Positions 1 through 8,466 of a DNA stretch of 32,000 nucleotides are shown piece after piece (position 1 is the stretch's first letter; each line of letters starts with the position of its first letter). The notes under the pieces were generated by a model. That model worked only from the letters and a program-made list of their open reading frames with translations, was not told the origin of the DNA and ran no database searches. The stretch is taken from the NCBI GenBank assembly GCA_947631155.1, contig CANRKG010000003.1, forward strand, positions 1-32,000, given 5' to 3'. Made by a program: the position numbers and the translations under genes. The DNA is from an uncultured Bacilli bacterium (lineage in GTDB: Bacteria > Bacillota_I > Bacilli_A > RF39 > UBA660).

Positions 1-180
1 TTGAAATAGATGATAGGAAAACAAGAAAAAAGGAAGAAAACTTTATTGTGTCATTTGACCAAGAAAACGTGGTTTAGCCATATTGCAGTAGAAGTACCAG
101 GTGAAGAAACTTCAAACGAGTGGTTAGAGCCAGTTACTGATGAAGAATATAATAAATTAGATTAGAAAAAATTTAAAAAT
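1..180 (+). repeat. Copy A of a ~190-bp degenerate direct-repeat family (A/B/C); contains a 51-codon ORF at 10..165
   Basis: The core GGTTTAGCCATATTGCAGTAGAAGTACCAGGTGAAGA (71..107) recurs with a few substitutions starting at 1238 and 2214. The tail GTTACTGATGAAGAATATAATAAATTAGATTAG matches the copy C tail GTAAGTGATGAAGAATACTATAATTTAGATGATTAG. Only copy A keeps an open frame (MIGKQEKRKK...WFSHIAVEVPGEETSNEWLEPVTDEEYNKLD*). The repeat may extend left of the window. Confidence 0.6.
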
Positions 181-209
181 TTACAAGCAAATTATTTTAA
201 AGAAAAGTA

Positions 210-238
210 TTGTCAAACAAATGTTCTTGTTATATAAT
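210..238 (+). promoter_or_regulatory. Sigma-A-type promoter candidate for the first Bro-N/DinD-like gene
   Basis: TTGTCA (210..215), a 17-nt spacer, then TATAAT (233..238), about 20 nt upstream of the ATG at 259. Confidence 0.5.
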
Positions 239-258
239 ATTCTTATGGGAGTTTTTTA

Positions 259-1116
259 ATGAATCAAGATAAAATGCATTTAGTAAATAAAATATTTAAT
301 AATGAAACAATTAGAACTGTGTGGGATAAAGAAAGTGAAAAATATTATATTAGTGTAGTTGATATTGTAGGTGTTGTTTCAGAAAGTGATAATCCAAGAA
401 ATTACTGGAAAGTTTTAAAATATAGGCTAAAACAAGAAGGAAATGAGTCGGTTACAAATTGTAACCAACTGAAATTAAAAGCTTCTGATGGTAAATATTA
501 TAATACGGATGTTGTAGATATTGAAGGAATGTTTAGAATAATTGAATCAATTCCGAGTAAAAATGCAGAACCTATAAAAAAATGGTTAGCGAAATTAGGT
601 AGTGAAAGAATTGATGAAATATTTGATCCATCATTAGCAGCACAAAGGTCAATTGATTTATATAGAGCCAAAGGTTATGAAGAAAAATGGATTACTAAAA
701 GAATGCAAAGTATTCAAGATAGAAAAAAACTTACTGATGTATGGAAAGAAAATGGCATTACTGAAAGTAAAGAATTTGCAATTTTAACAAATGAAATATA
801 TAAAACTTGGTCTGGAATGACTGCAAAACAATATAAGGAGTACAAAGGTCTTCGTAAAGAGGCTCTTCGAGATAACATGGATAATATAGAAGTATCTCTA
901 ACTGATATAAGTGAAGAAGTAACAAAGAGACTAGCAAAGAAAACGAAACCTAAAGGATTAAAAGAAAATATAAAAGTTGCTCATGCAGGTGGACAAATTG
1001 CTAAAAACACAAGAGATGAAATTGAAAGTCTACTTGGAGAATCAGTTATTACCAATCAAAATAAATTAAACTATCAATATATAGATGAAAAAGAAAAAAT
1101 AGAAAATAAAAAATAG
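259..1116 (+). CDS. Bro-N domain / DNA-damage-inducible protein D (DinD)-like protein
   Basis: A 285-aa ORF. Its N-terminus (ETIRTVWDKESEKYYISVVDIVGVVSESDNPRNYWKVLK) and central region (ERIDEIFDP...ILTNEIYKTWSGMTAKQYKEYKGLRKE.LRDNM) look like the Bro-N/DinD family as I remember it. A clear paralog lies at 2423..3244. Confidence 0.7.
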   Translation: MNQDKMHLVNKIFNNETIRTVWDKESEKYYISVVDIVGVVSESDNPRNYWKVLKYRLKQEGNESVTNCNQLKLKASDGKYYNTDVVDIEGMFRIIESIPSKNAEPIKKWLAKLGSERIDEIFDPSLAAQRSIDLYRAKGYEEKWITKRMQSIQDRKKLTDVWKENGITESKEFAILTNEIYKTWSGMTAKQYKEYKGLRKEALRDNMDNIEVSLTDISEEVTKRLAKKTKPKGLKENIKVAHAGGQIAKNTRDEIESLLGESVITNQNKLNYQYIDEKEKIENKK

Positions 1117-1131
1117 ATTTGCTAAAATACT

Positions 1132-1318
1132 AGCCTCCTACCAGGAGGAAAGAAAATATGCACAAAAACTATCTCCAGGAAATATTGTAGTAATACCTGC
1201 AAATGAGAAACATTTTCGTGGAGCAAGAAAAATTCTTGGTTTAGCCATATTGCGGTAGAAATACCTAGTAAAGATATAGAGAATGTTTGGACCTTTAAGT
1301 GATGAATAATATGATAAG
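1132..1318 (+). repeat. Copy B of the degenerate direct repeat (no open frame)
   Basis: It starts about 15 nt after the stop of the preceding gene with AGCCTCCTACC, compared with AGCCTACTAC in copy C. Its core is GGTTTAGCCATATTGCGGTAGAAATACCTAGTAAAGA, starting at 1238. The frame is broken by stops. Confidence 0.6.
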
Positions 1319-1336
1319 TTATAGGAGGATGGTAAT

Positions 1337-2122
1337 ATGCTTAATGAGTATTTAGAGTTTGCTAAAGAAATTGCCTTATGTGCAGGAAAAATAATGTTGG
1401 AATATTATAATGATAGTATTGATTTAAACTATAAAGATGATAAATCTGTTGTGACACTTGTAGATAAAAAAATAAATAGTTACCTAATTGAAAAAGTAAA
1501 AGAAAAATATAAGGATCATTCGGTCAATGGTGAAGAAGAAAGTTATAAAAAAGATTCAGAATATGTATGGGTATGTGATCCCTTAGATGGAACAGGTATG
1601 TATGTTAATCATATTCCAGTATTTGTATTTTCCTTAGCTTTAGTTCATAATGGTGAGCCTATTGTTGGAGTAGTATATAATGCAAATGAAGATAAAATGT
1701 ACTCTGCAATAAAAGGAGAGGGTGCTTATTGCAATAATGTTAGAATTCACGTAAATGATAAAAGCTTAGGTGATTTAGGGTATAGAACTAATATTGAAAT
1801 ATTTAATAACGATATAATCGATGAGGTATCTCTACTAAAGGAATTAAAATCTTCTTCAACGATTTCATCTATTGGAAGTGTAGCAAGAAGTTGTATGGCT
1901 ATTGCAACAGGAAATTTTTCATGTGATATATTTCCAGGAACTAGTCATGGTAATTGCGATTTAGCGGCATCCTATCTTATTGTTACAGAAGCAGGTGGTA
2001 AAGTGACAAATATATATGGTGAACAACAGCGATATGATAGTGATATAAAAGGGGCTATTATTACAAATGGGATATCACATTCAAAAATATTACAAAAGGT
2101 GAAAAAGTATATAAAACATTAG
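1337..2122 (+). CDS. Inositol monophosphatase (IMPase/SuhB/CysQ) family protein
   Basis: A 261-aa ORF with the WVCDPLDGT metal-binding signature, upstream GEEE and a C-terminal GG..TN segment. AGGAGG at 1323..1328 lies 8 nt before the ATG. Confidence 0.8.
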   Translation: MLNEYLEFAKEIALCAGKIMLEYYNDSIDLNYKDDKSVVTLVDKKINSYLIEKVKEKYKDHSVNGEEESYKKDSEYVWVCDPLDGTGMYVNHIPVFVFSLALVHNGEPIVGVVYNANEDKMYSAIKGEGAYCNNVRIHVNDKSLGDLGYRTNIEIFNNDIIDEVSLLKELKSSSTISSIGSVARSCMAIATGNFSCDIFPGTSHGNCDLAASYLIVTEAGGKVTNIYGEQQRYDSDIKGAIITNGISHSKILQKVKKYIKH

Positions 2123-2325
2123 CCTACTACAAAAAAAGAAGAAAATGATATACCAAACTATATCTAGGAGATATCGTAGTAATAAACACTTTCATGGTTC
2201 AAGAAAAATTCTTGGTTTAGACATATTGTAGTAGAAGTAACCAGGTGAAGATACAGGGGATGTTTGGTTAGAACCTGTAAGTGATGAAGAATACTATAAT
2301 TTAGATGATTAGAAAAAATTTTTAT
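2121..2325 (+). repeat. Copy C of the degenerate direct repeat (no open frame)
   Basis: It begins at the stop codon of the IMPase gene. Its core is GGTTTAGACATATTGTAGTAGAAGTAACCAGGTGAAGA, starting at 2214. The tail ends in GATGATTAG followed by AAAAAATTT, as in copy A. Confidence 0.6.
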
Positions 2326-2422
2326 AAGCAGACTATTTATGTTTGCTTTTTTGTATTAAATTTAAAATAATTTAAAAAATACATTAACGAACAAATTAGA
2401 AACAATCTCAAATCTATTTTAG

Positions 2423-3244
2423 AGTAAGGAAATCAGAAGTGTTTGGGATAGTGAAAAAGAAGAATATTATTTTAGCGTAGTAGATGTAAAAAGTGCTTTA
2501 ACTGAAAGTAACAATCCAAGAAATTATTGGAATATGTTAAAGAAAAGAATGACTGAAGAAGAACAGAGTGAGTTGTCCACAAAATGTGTACAACTGAAAA
2601 TGAAATCTAAAAAAGATGGAAAAAGTTATTCTACTGACACTTTAGATACCAAGGGAATATTAAGACTTATAGAATCTGTTCCTTCGCCTAAAGCAGAGCC
2701 ATTTAAGATCTGGCTTGCAAATTTATGTAGTGAAAGAATCGACGAAGTATTTGATCCTGAAATTGCTATTAAAAGAGCAATTAATTATTACCGGAAAAGG
2801 GGATATTCTGATAAATGGATTGAAGCTAGATTAAAAGGCATATTAGACAGAAATAAATTAACTGATATATGGAAAGAGGGAGGTGTTTCAAAAGATTATG
2901 AATATGGAATTCTAACTAATGAAATATATAAAGAATGGTCGGGTATGAAAGCAAGTGAATATAAAGAGTATAAAGGTATAAGAAAAGAATCTTTAAGAGA
3001 TAACATGTCTGATATAGAAATTGCCCTTACTGATTTAGGAGAAATTGCTACTCGTGAACTTGCTAAGGAGCATAAACCTTATGGTTTAGAACAAAATAAA
3101 GTGATTGCTAAAATGGGTGGTAATGTTTCTAAAGTGGCAAGAGATAATTTAGAACAAAAACTTGGTAAAACAGTAATTAGTAATAAAAATAATCTTAACT
3201 ATCAATATTTAGAGGAAAAAGGAAAATTGGAAAATAAAAAATAA
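2423..3244 (+). pseudogene. N-terminally truncated Bro-N/DinD-like paralog (longest ATG ORF is 2534..3244)
   Basis: The frame is open from the TAG at 2420..2422 and encodes SKEIRSVWDSEKEEYYFSVVDVKSALTESNNPRNYWNMLKKRM. This aligns with residues ~17-55 of the 259..1116 product, but there is no ATG/GTG/TTG before 2534, so the first ~17 codons and the start are missing. The remainder is colinear with the paralog through the ...NLNYQY..EK.K.ENKK end. Confidence 0.55.
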
Positions 3245-3271
3245 AAGTTGGTTTCATCTTAACCAACTTTT
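3243..3271. terminator. Bidirectional intrinsic terminator between convergent genes
   Basis: AAAAGTTGGTT / loop TCATCTT / AACCAACTTTT forms a perfect 11-bp stem, A-rich on the left and T-rich on the right. Confidence 0.75.
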
Positions 3272-3275
3272 AACT

Positions 3276-4067
3276 TTATCTTCTTATATGTTGTTCAAGT
3301 TTATCAATTATAAAATACATTAAATAAGAAATAATACCTAATATAACAACAGATGTAATAACAAGGTCAATATTAAATACTTGAGAACCATACATTATCA
3401 GGTATCCTAAACCATTTTTAGATACTAATAGTTCTCCCATAATAACACCAATTAAACTCATAGAGATATTTATTTTTAAAGCATTTATAACAGTAACATA
3501 ATTACTTGGTAAGACTACTTTAAAAAAGATTTGTCTTTTGGTGGCTTTTAATGATTTTAATAGAATAATATAATTTTTATTAGTAGAAATAAACCCATTA
3601 TAAATATTAATAATTGTAATAAAAGTATTAATTAATAAAGCCATAAATATTATAGAGTTAATACTAGCTCCAACCCATATAATTATTAAAGGACCTAAAG
3701 CAACTTTTGGTAAAGAATTTAAAATAGTTAAATAAGGATCTATTATTTTAGATAAAATTTTATTACTCCATAAGATAGTAGCAGATATAAGACCAATAAT
3801 AGAAGCAATACCAAAACTTAGTAGTACTTCGTATAAAGTAATTCCAATATGTTTAAATAAACTACCATCTTTAAATAAATCAATAGTGGTTTTAACAGCA
3901 TTAGTAGGACTAGAAGATAAGAAAGTATTAATAATATGATATCTAGATAGTAATTCCCAACCTATTAAAAAAGTAGCAATTATTAATAATCTAAAGATAA
4001 ATATAATAATTTTTTCTCGACGCTGTCTTTTTAAATACTTTTTATGTTCTTCACTAAATGTGGACAT
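3276..4067 (-). CDS. ABC transporter permease, NitT/TauT (SsuC/TauC-like) family
   Basis: A 263-aa ORF with multiple hydrophobic helices and a conserved cytoplasmic-loop region (LKSLKATKRQIFFKVVLP). Its start overlaps the stop of the upstream ATPase fragment, which indicates operon coupling. Confidence 0.8.
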   Translation of the reverse strand: MSTFSEEHKKYLKRQRREKIIIFIFRLLIIATFLIGWELLSRYHIINTFLSSSPTNAVKTTIDLFKDGSLFKHIGITLYEVLLSFGIASIIGLISATILWSNKILSKIIDPYLTILNSLPKVALGPLIIIWVGASINSIIFMALLINTFITIINIYNGFISTNKNYIILLKSLKATKRQIFFKVVLPSNYVTVINALKINISMSLIGVIMGELLVSKNGLGYLIMYGSQVFNIDLVITSVVILGIISYLMYFIIDKLEQHIRR

Positions 4068-4395
4068 CTAAATCCCTCCAAATAGTATCATAATAAGTAG
4101 AAAATTCTTTACATTTTCTATTATTTATAGGAGTTGATTTGTCTGTTAGATTAATTTCATATATACTTTTCACTTTAGCTGGTCGTTTTGTTAAAACAAT
4201 AACTCTATCTGACATACTAATAGCTTCAGCAATATCATGAGTTACCATAATAGCGGTTTTACCTTCATTTTTGATAATTTTATAAATATCATCACTAATA
4301 GCAAGACGGGATTGATAATCTAAAGCAGACATAGGTTCATCTAAAAGTAAAATATCTGGTTTGATGGCTAAGGTTCTGATTAAAGCAACTCTTTG
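4054..4395 (-). pseudogene. ABC transporter ATP-binding protein, C-terminal fragment (gene split by element 1)
   Basis: It encodes QRVALIRTLAIKPDILLLDEPMSALD (the end of the signature motif plus Walker B) and the H-loop VTHD. It has no Walker A and no native start; the MCLHNI start in the ORF track lies in element DNA. The missing N-terminal half is at 10305..10722. Confidence 0.9.
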
Positions 4396-4411
4396 AATGT
4401 TGTGTAGACAC
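4386..4411. repeat. Left junction (attL-like) of element 1: 10-bp direct repeat plus inverted-repeat arm
   Basis: CAACTCTTTG (4386..4395) is identical to 10305..10314. GAATGTTGTGTAGACAC (4395..4411) is an imperfect inverted copy of GTGTCTTTAAAACATTC (10285..10301). Confidence 0.8.
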
Positions 4412-4452
4412 AAGGTAATAATTGTTAGAAGTTAAGCTTATAATCAAATAAG

Positions 4453-4483
4453 TTGTTAAAACCATTAAAGATTGTGATATAAT
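4453..4483 (+). promoter_or_regulatory. Extended -10 promoter candidate for the first element-1 gene
   Basis: TGATATAAT (TGnTATAAT, 4475..4483) with a weak TTGTTA -35 at 4453..4458 and a long 19-nt spacer. The AAAGGAGG RBS follows, ahead of the ATG at 4509. Confidence 0.4.
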
Positions 4484-4508
4484 ATTATTAGTTAAAGGAG
4501 GAAATAAT

Positions 4509-5162
4509 ATGGCTGAAATAATTAGTAAAGAAGAATATGCAAAAATGACAAATGAAGAAAAGATAGAATATTTTTTAAAAAAAGAAAAAGATAGAACTGA
4601 GGATGAAATTCCACCAATGGCAGTAGCATTATCAAATGCACTAAAAGATGATGAACTGATAAAACATACAGCTTCAATTATAAAAAGAATGTGCGATGGA
4701 GAGCCGGTTAATAAAAATCCATTAACTGAAATTCCAACTCCTCAAATGGTATTATATGGGTTTTCAGGGGCTTTTAAAAGTGTATATTTTGATACAGAAG
4801 AAGAGTTAGAAGAATATGTAAAAACTCATGATACAAGTTTTGGAGGTACATGTGTAATAGAATATCTTGGTAATGTTGCAGGTCGTAGTGATGTAATTAG
4901 AACAACTTCTAAAAATCGTAAACCTATACTTTTAACTGCTTGTGATAGAGATGGATATGGGATTTATAATGAAGAAAGAAGTATATATCGTGGGGAATTT
5001 GTTTGGGAATATACTAATGGTGATATAGAGGATATGTATTCAGCATTTAGAGATAGAGGTATCGTTTTTGAAGATGATATATATGGTGAACTTGCAGAAC
5101 AAGATAGAAAATTATTACAGATGTGTAGAGAAAAAAATTTATTTAATATGGGAAAAAAATAA
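4509..5162 (+). CDS. Hypothetical protein (element 1 cargo, 217 aa)
   Basis: A long ORF with a strong RBS (AAAGGAGG, 7 nt spacing). I recognise no motif. The protein is acidic and has no TM segment. Confidence 0.6.
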   Translation: MAEIISKEEYAKMTNEEKIEYFLKKEKDRTEDEIPPMAVALSNALKDDELIKHTASIIKRMCDGEPVNKNPLTEIPTPQMVLYGFSGAFKSVYFDTEEELEEYVKTHDTSFGGTCVIEYLGNVAGRSDVIRTTSKNRKPILLTACDRDGYGIYNEERSIYRGEFVWEYTNGDIEDMYSAFRDRGIVFEDDIYGELAEQDRKLLQMCREKNLFNMGKK

Positions 5163-5335
5163 TTGAAAAGTGTCATTAAGAGTGATGCTTTTTTTGTGAA
5201 ATGTAGTGAACTAATTGACATAATAGATAAATAAGTATAGAATAACTAATGCAAATGAAATTTTGCAATATCGTTTATGAAAGGTGGTGTTAGTTATGTT
5301 ATATAGAGACTACACCAAAAATTCGTATAAATGAT

Positions 5336-5737
5336 TTGACCCGAGCTTATGTTTCGGGAGCCGGATATTACGATGTTATACGTGAAGTCGGAAACATAAT
5401 ATCCATACAACCTCTTTATAATCAAACTTTTGATGAATTACTCTTTGAATTTGTAAAAGGAAATAACTGGACATTTAAACATTTAGCAGAAGTACTAAAT
5501 GTAGATGAAAAAACATTATATCGTCATAGATATGGTGAAATAAACGATAGAGAAATGACAATAAATATATGTATTGCTCTTGGATTAGATTTAGTTTCTA
5601 CTATTATAGTTTTGATGTCAAAAGGTTATATTCTTAACCCTATTAATAGAATTGATAAAAAGATTATTGTTTTTGTTAATACTAATAGGGAAATAGGACT
5701 TCAAAGAATAATAAGTTATGAAGATTATATGAAATAA
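5336..5737 (+). CDS. Putative helix-turn-helix protein (133 aa); start uncertain (TTG)
   Basis: It contains an HTH-like stretch, WTFKHLAEVLNVDEKTLYRHRYGE. There is no in-frame ATG near the 5' end. The TTG at 5336 lies 1 nt after the stop of a 12-codon ORF (5296..5334) that owns the strong RBS AAGGTGGTG. Confidence 0.5.
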   Translation: MTRAYVSGAGYYDVIREVGNIISIQPLYNQTFDELLFEFVKGNNWTFKHLAEVLNVDEKTLYRHRYGEINDREMTINICIALGLDLVSTIIVLMSKGYILNPINRIDKKIIVFVNTNREIGLQRIISYEDYMK

Positions 5738-5755
5738 TGGTTGTATTGTATGCAA

Positions 5756-5784
5756 TGCGCATCCAAAAATGGATGTGCTTTTTT
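5756..5784 (+). terminator. Intrinsic terminator
   Basis: GCGCATCCA / AAAA / TGGATGTGC forms a stem (one G-U pair) followed by T7. Confidence 0.75.
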
Positions 5785-5852
5785 TGTGGCATAAAATGCC
5801 CGATAAATATTATAACTTGGGCTTAAAATGTTAGTCAGGAGGTGAAAAGACT

Positions 5853-6167
5853 ATGAACATAAGAGATTTAGTAATTGATGCTAAAGCTACAATTGGTGAA
5901 AATCTAGTATGTGTAGATGTTGTAGAAAAAGCTGTCTACAAAGATGGTGTTAAAACTGATGAGACAATATATACCTACGATATAGTTTGCATAGACCGTA
6001 AAATGCTTCATATCAATGTTAAAATTCCTGGCAAACAATTAATTAGTTTAGATGGTAAAGATGTTGTGTATGTATCACTTACAGGTTTAGTTATAAAACC
6101 ATACTTAATGAACAATCAATTAAATTTCACAGCAACAGCTACAAGCATCGTAGAATTAAAAAATTAA
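5853..6167 (+). CDS. Hypothetical 104-aa protein; possible HelP/DUF961-like helicase processivity factor, judged by position only
   Basis: RBS AGGAGGTG upstream. It has the same size and position (immediately upstream of the FtsK-like gene and Rep) as ICEBs1 helP and Tn916 orf22/23. I cannot verify any sequence-level match. Confidence 0.35.
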   Translation: MNIRDLVIDAKATIGENLVCVDVVEKAVYKDGVKTDETIYTYDIVCIDRKMLHINVKIPGKQLISLDGKDVVYVSLTGLVIKPYLMNNQLNFTATATSIVELKN

Positions 6168-6223
6168 GAGAGATTTTTCTCTCTTCCCTCTAGATAGGGA
6201 AAAAGGTAAAGGAGAAATGTATT

Positions 6224-7426
6224 ATGTTTAAAAAAATATTAAGTAAAATTAATGTATTTAAAATAATTATAGTAGAGCTATATATAGTGTTGGCTCAATT
6301 AATGTGGCACTTAAAAGAATATCTTTATACGTTAGCAAATATTCAAATTAAATCATTCTCTTACTATGTATACAACACAGGTATAACTGTATCACTAACA
6401 GCAATATTGATTGCTTTAATTGTTAAGTTAAAAAATCCAATTAATACAAAGAAGGAGGAAAAAATTATGTTGGATATAGGATTAAAAAATAGAAATAGTG
6501 AAATACCAAAATTAAAAGAAACATATAATGACCCTGATAAAGAAAATGGTGTTGTTTATAGATTTATAAGTAAAAATATACCAAAATCAAAGTTTGAGGA
6601 ATTTACTGACGAATTAGAAAGAGCTTATGATATAAACATATATGGTATGAGAGAAATACCTGGTAAAAATAAATATATAGATATCTATTGTGTACCAAAA
6701 ATCTTTGACACATTAAAAGAATTTAGATTATCAACAGAAGATAAATTTATGGATAATTTTATACATGAATTAGTTGTTGGAGGTACAAGAAGTGGTAAAA
6801 CTTTTTACGCAAAAGGTAGAATTGTAAAGGCAGCTATGAATTTAGAATTGAACGAAAATGAAGAAGTGGAACTTTTTGTAGCTGATTATAAAAATGAGGA
6901 TTTCATAGAGTTTAAAAATAAAGCTAATTATTATGGTTTTAATTCTTCAGTTGATGGCATAAATAAAGTATATGAAATTATGAATGAAAGAGCTAAAAAT
7001 GGTAAAGATAGTTCAAACTATAGCACCGTCATACTACTAATAGATGAATATAGCACTTTACTTGCATCCTTAAAGAAAGATAAAGCTAATGAAATAAAAG
7101 ATAATGTTGCTAGTTTATTAAGAATGGGAGCTAGTAAAAAAATTAAAGTTATTGTGATTGACCAGGGTGGATATTCAGAACTATTTCAAGGAGCTAGATT
7201 AAATTTTAAAAGTATAATTGGATTTTCACAAATGAGTAGTAGTCAAATAGAGATGTTATTTAAAGATTATAAATCTCAAATGAAAGAAATTAATAAACAA
7301 GGTGAAGCTTATCTTTGGGAAGATGGTAAACCAGAATTAACAAGAGTTAGGGTTATTAAATATAGTGAAGATGAAGAAAAAATAATAAGTAATGTGATTG
7401 GTAGCAAGATGGGAAAGGATAAATAA
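6224..7426 (+). CDS. FtsK/SpoIIIE-TcpA-like DNA translocase / coupling protein
   Basis: A 400-aa ORF with two N-terminal TM helices, Walker A GGTRSGKT and Walker B VILLIDEY. This architecture is typical of Firmicute ICE/IME coupling proteins. Confidence 0.75.
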   Translation: MFKKILSKINVFKIIIVELYIVLAQLMWHLKEYLYTLANIQIKSFSYYVYNTGITVSLTAILIALIVKLKNPINTKKEEKIMLDIGLKNRNSEIPKLKETYNDPDKENGVVYRFISKNIPKSKFEEFTDELERAYDINIYGMREIPGKNKYIDIYCVPKIFDTLKEFRLSTEDKFMDNFIHELVVGGTRSGKTFYAKGRIVKAAMNLELNENEEVELFVADYKNEDFIEFKNKANYYGFNSSVDGINKVYEIMNERAKNGKDSSNYSTVILLIDEYSTLLASLKKDKANEIKDNVASLLRMGASKKIKVIVIDQGGYSELFQGARLNFKSIIGFSQMSSSQIEMLFKDYKSQMKEINKQGEAYLWEDGKPELTRVRVIKYSEDEEKIISNVIGSKMGKDK

Positions 7427-7430
7427 GTTG

Positions 7431-7504
7431 GTGAGGTCGCACGGCTGTAAGCAAGTGCGATCCACTGCCACCGTAGGTGGCTTTGACTTGATATCTTATA
7501 ACAC
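7431..7504 (+). promoter_or_regulatory. Candidate oriT/double-strand origin (hairpins plus CTTGATA nick-site-like sequence)
   Basis: A locally GC-rich patch contains hairpins GGTCGCAC/GTGCGATC (7435..7462) and GCCACC-GTA-GGTGGC (7467..7481). It is followed by GACTTGATATCTTATAACAC (7485..7504). CTTGATA sits at 7487..7493. Confidence 0.55.
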
Positions 7505-7524
7505 AAAAACATTTAATATTTTTT

Positions 7525-8409
7525 ATGAAGATAGAACGATTAAAAGATAACCCTAAAATATGTTTAAATGCTGATAGCCAAGTTGTCGTAAAAGAAACAG
7601 GAAATCTAACCGAAGTTAAGTATATGATTAATAATACTGGTGGTGTAATTAGAAAAATAGATAAAGATAATTATTTTGATATTCGTTCAGGTGAAGTCAA
7701 AAGGTATGAACATAAAGCAAAATCTAGAAAAGACAATAAATCTTCAATTAAAAGAACGATGAGAAACTTAAGGGATATTATTAATACTAATATTACTGAT
7801 TATAAAAAAATATTATTCATTACTTTAACTTATAAGGAAAATATGACTAATTCTAAACAACTTTATCAAGATGTTAGAAAATTTCATCAAAAATTAAAAA
7901 CTTATTTAAAAAATAAAAATTTACCTTATGATTTTGAGTATATTTCGGCTACTGAATGTCAAGCTCGTGGAAGTTTTCATCAACATAATCTATACATCTT
8001 TAAAACGAAAGCTCCATTTATTAAGAATGATGAATTAGCTAAAATATGGGGGTTAGGTTATACAAAGATTAAATCTTTAAAAGGTGTTTCAAATATCGGT
8101 TTATATCTTACAGCATATTTAACTGATTTAGATTTAACTGAAAATTTACAAAAGAAAAATAAAAGAGTTACTAAAGCTATAATCAAGGGAAAAAGATTAT
8201 CTTTTATACCCAAAAATTTTCGTATATATAGGTGTTCAAAAAATATATTGAAACCTACTATTTATAAAACAACTGAAAAAGAAGCTATGGAAAAAGTAGA
8301 TAATTCTATTTTAACTTATGAAAAAACTATTCGTATTTCTAATTATGATGGTAAAACAATTAATATCATTAATTATAGAAATTACAACAATATTAAAAAT
8401 ACGAAATAA
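7525..8409 (+). CDS. HUH-type rolling-circle replication initiator / relaxase (pC194 Rep_1-like motifs)
   Basis: A 294-aa ORF with FITLTY (compare Rep motif 1, FLTLT), FHQHNLYIF (HUH-type His pair) and Tyr-containing LYLTAYLTD. There is no obvious SD before the ATG. Confidence 0.65.
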   Translation: MKIERLKDNPKICLNADSQVVVKETGNLTEVKYMINNTGGVIRKIDKDNYFDIRSGEVKRYEHKAKSRKDNKSSIKRTMRNLRDIINTNITDYKKILFITLTYKENMTNSKQLYQDVRKFHQKLKTYLKNKNLPYDFEYISATECQARGSFHQHNLYIFKTKAPFIKNDELAKIWGLGYTKIKSLKGVSNIGLYLTAYLTDLDLTENLQKKNKRVTKAIIKGKRLSFIPKNFRIYRCSKNILKPTIYKTTEKEAMEKVDNSILTYEKTIRISNYDGKTINIINYRNYNNIKNTK

Positions 8410-8466
8410 TAAGAGATATCTCATATAAGAAAAAATGAAGCATATCTTTTGGTAAGGAGGTTTTGC

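Noticed and set aside
1140-1205. The Cys pattern in repeat copy B (CTKTISRKYCSNTCK), considered as evidence that the repeat derives from a YacG-like or other named zinc-ribbon protein.
   Set aside because: The frame is broken, copies A and C do not retain the cysteines, and the resemblance is too short to name a family. It is noted only as a hint in the repeat finding.
4396-4413. The MCLHNI... start of the 119-aa ORF at 4054..4413.
   Set aside because: These codons are element-1 terminal inverted-repeat DNA that is fortuitously in frame. The native ATPase sequence begins at QRVALIR (4395 downward).
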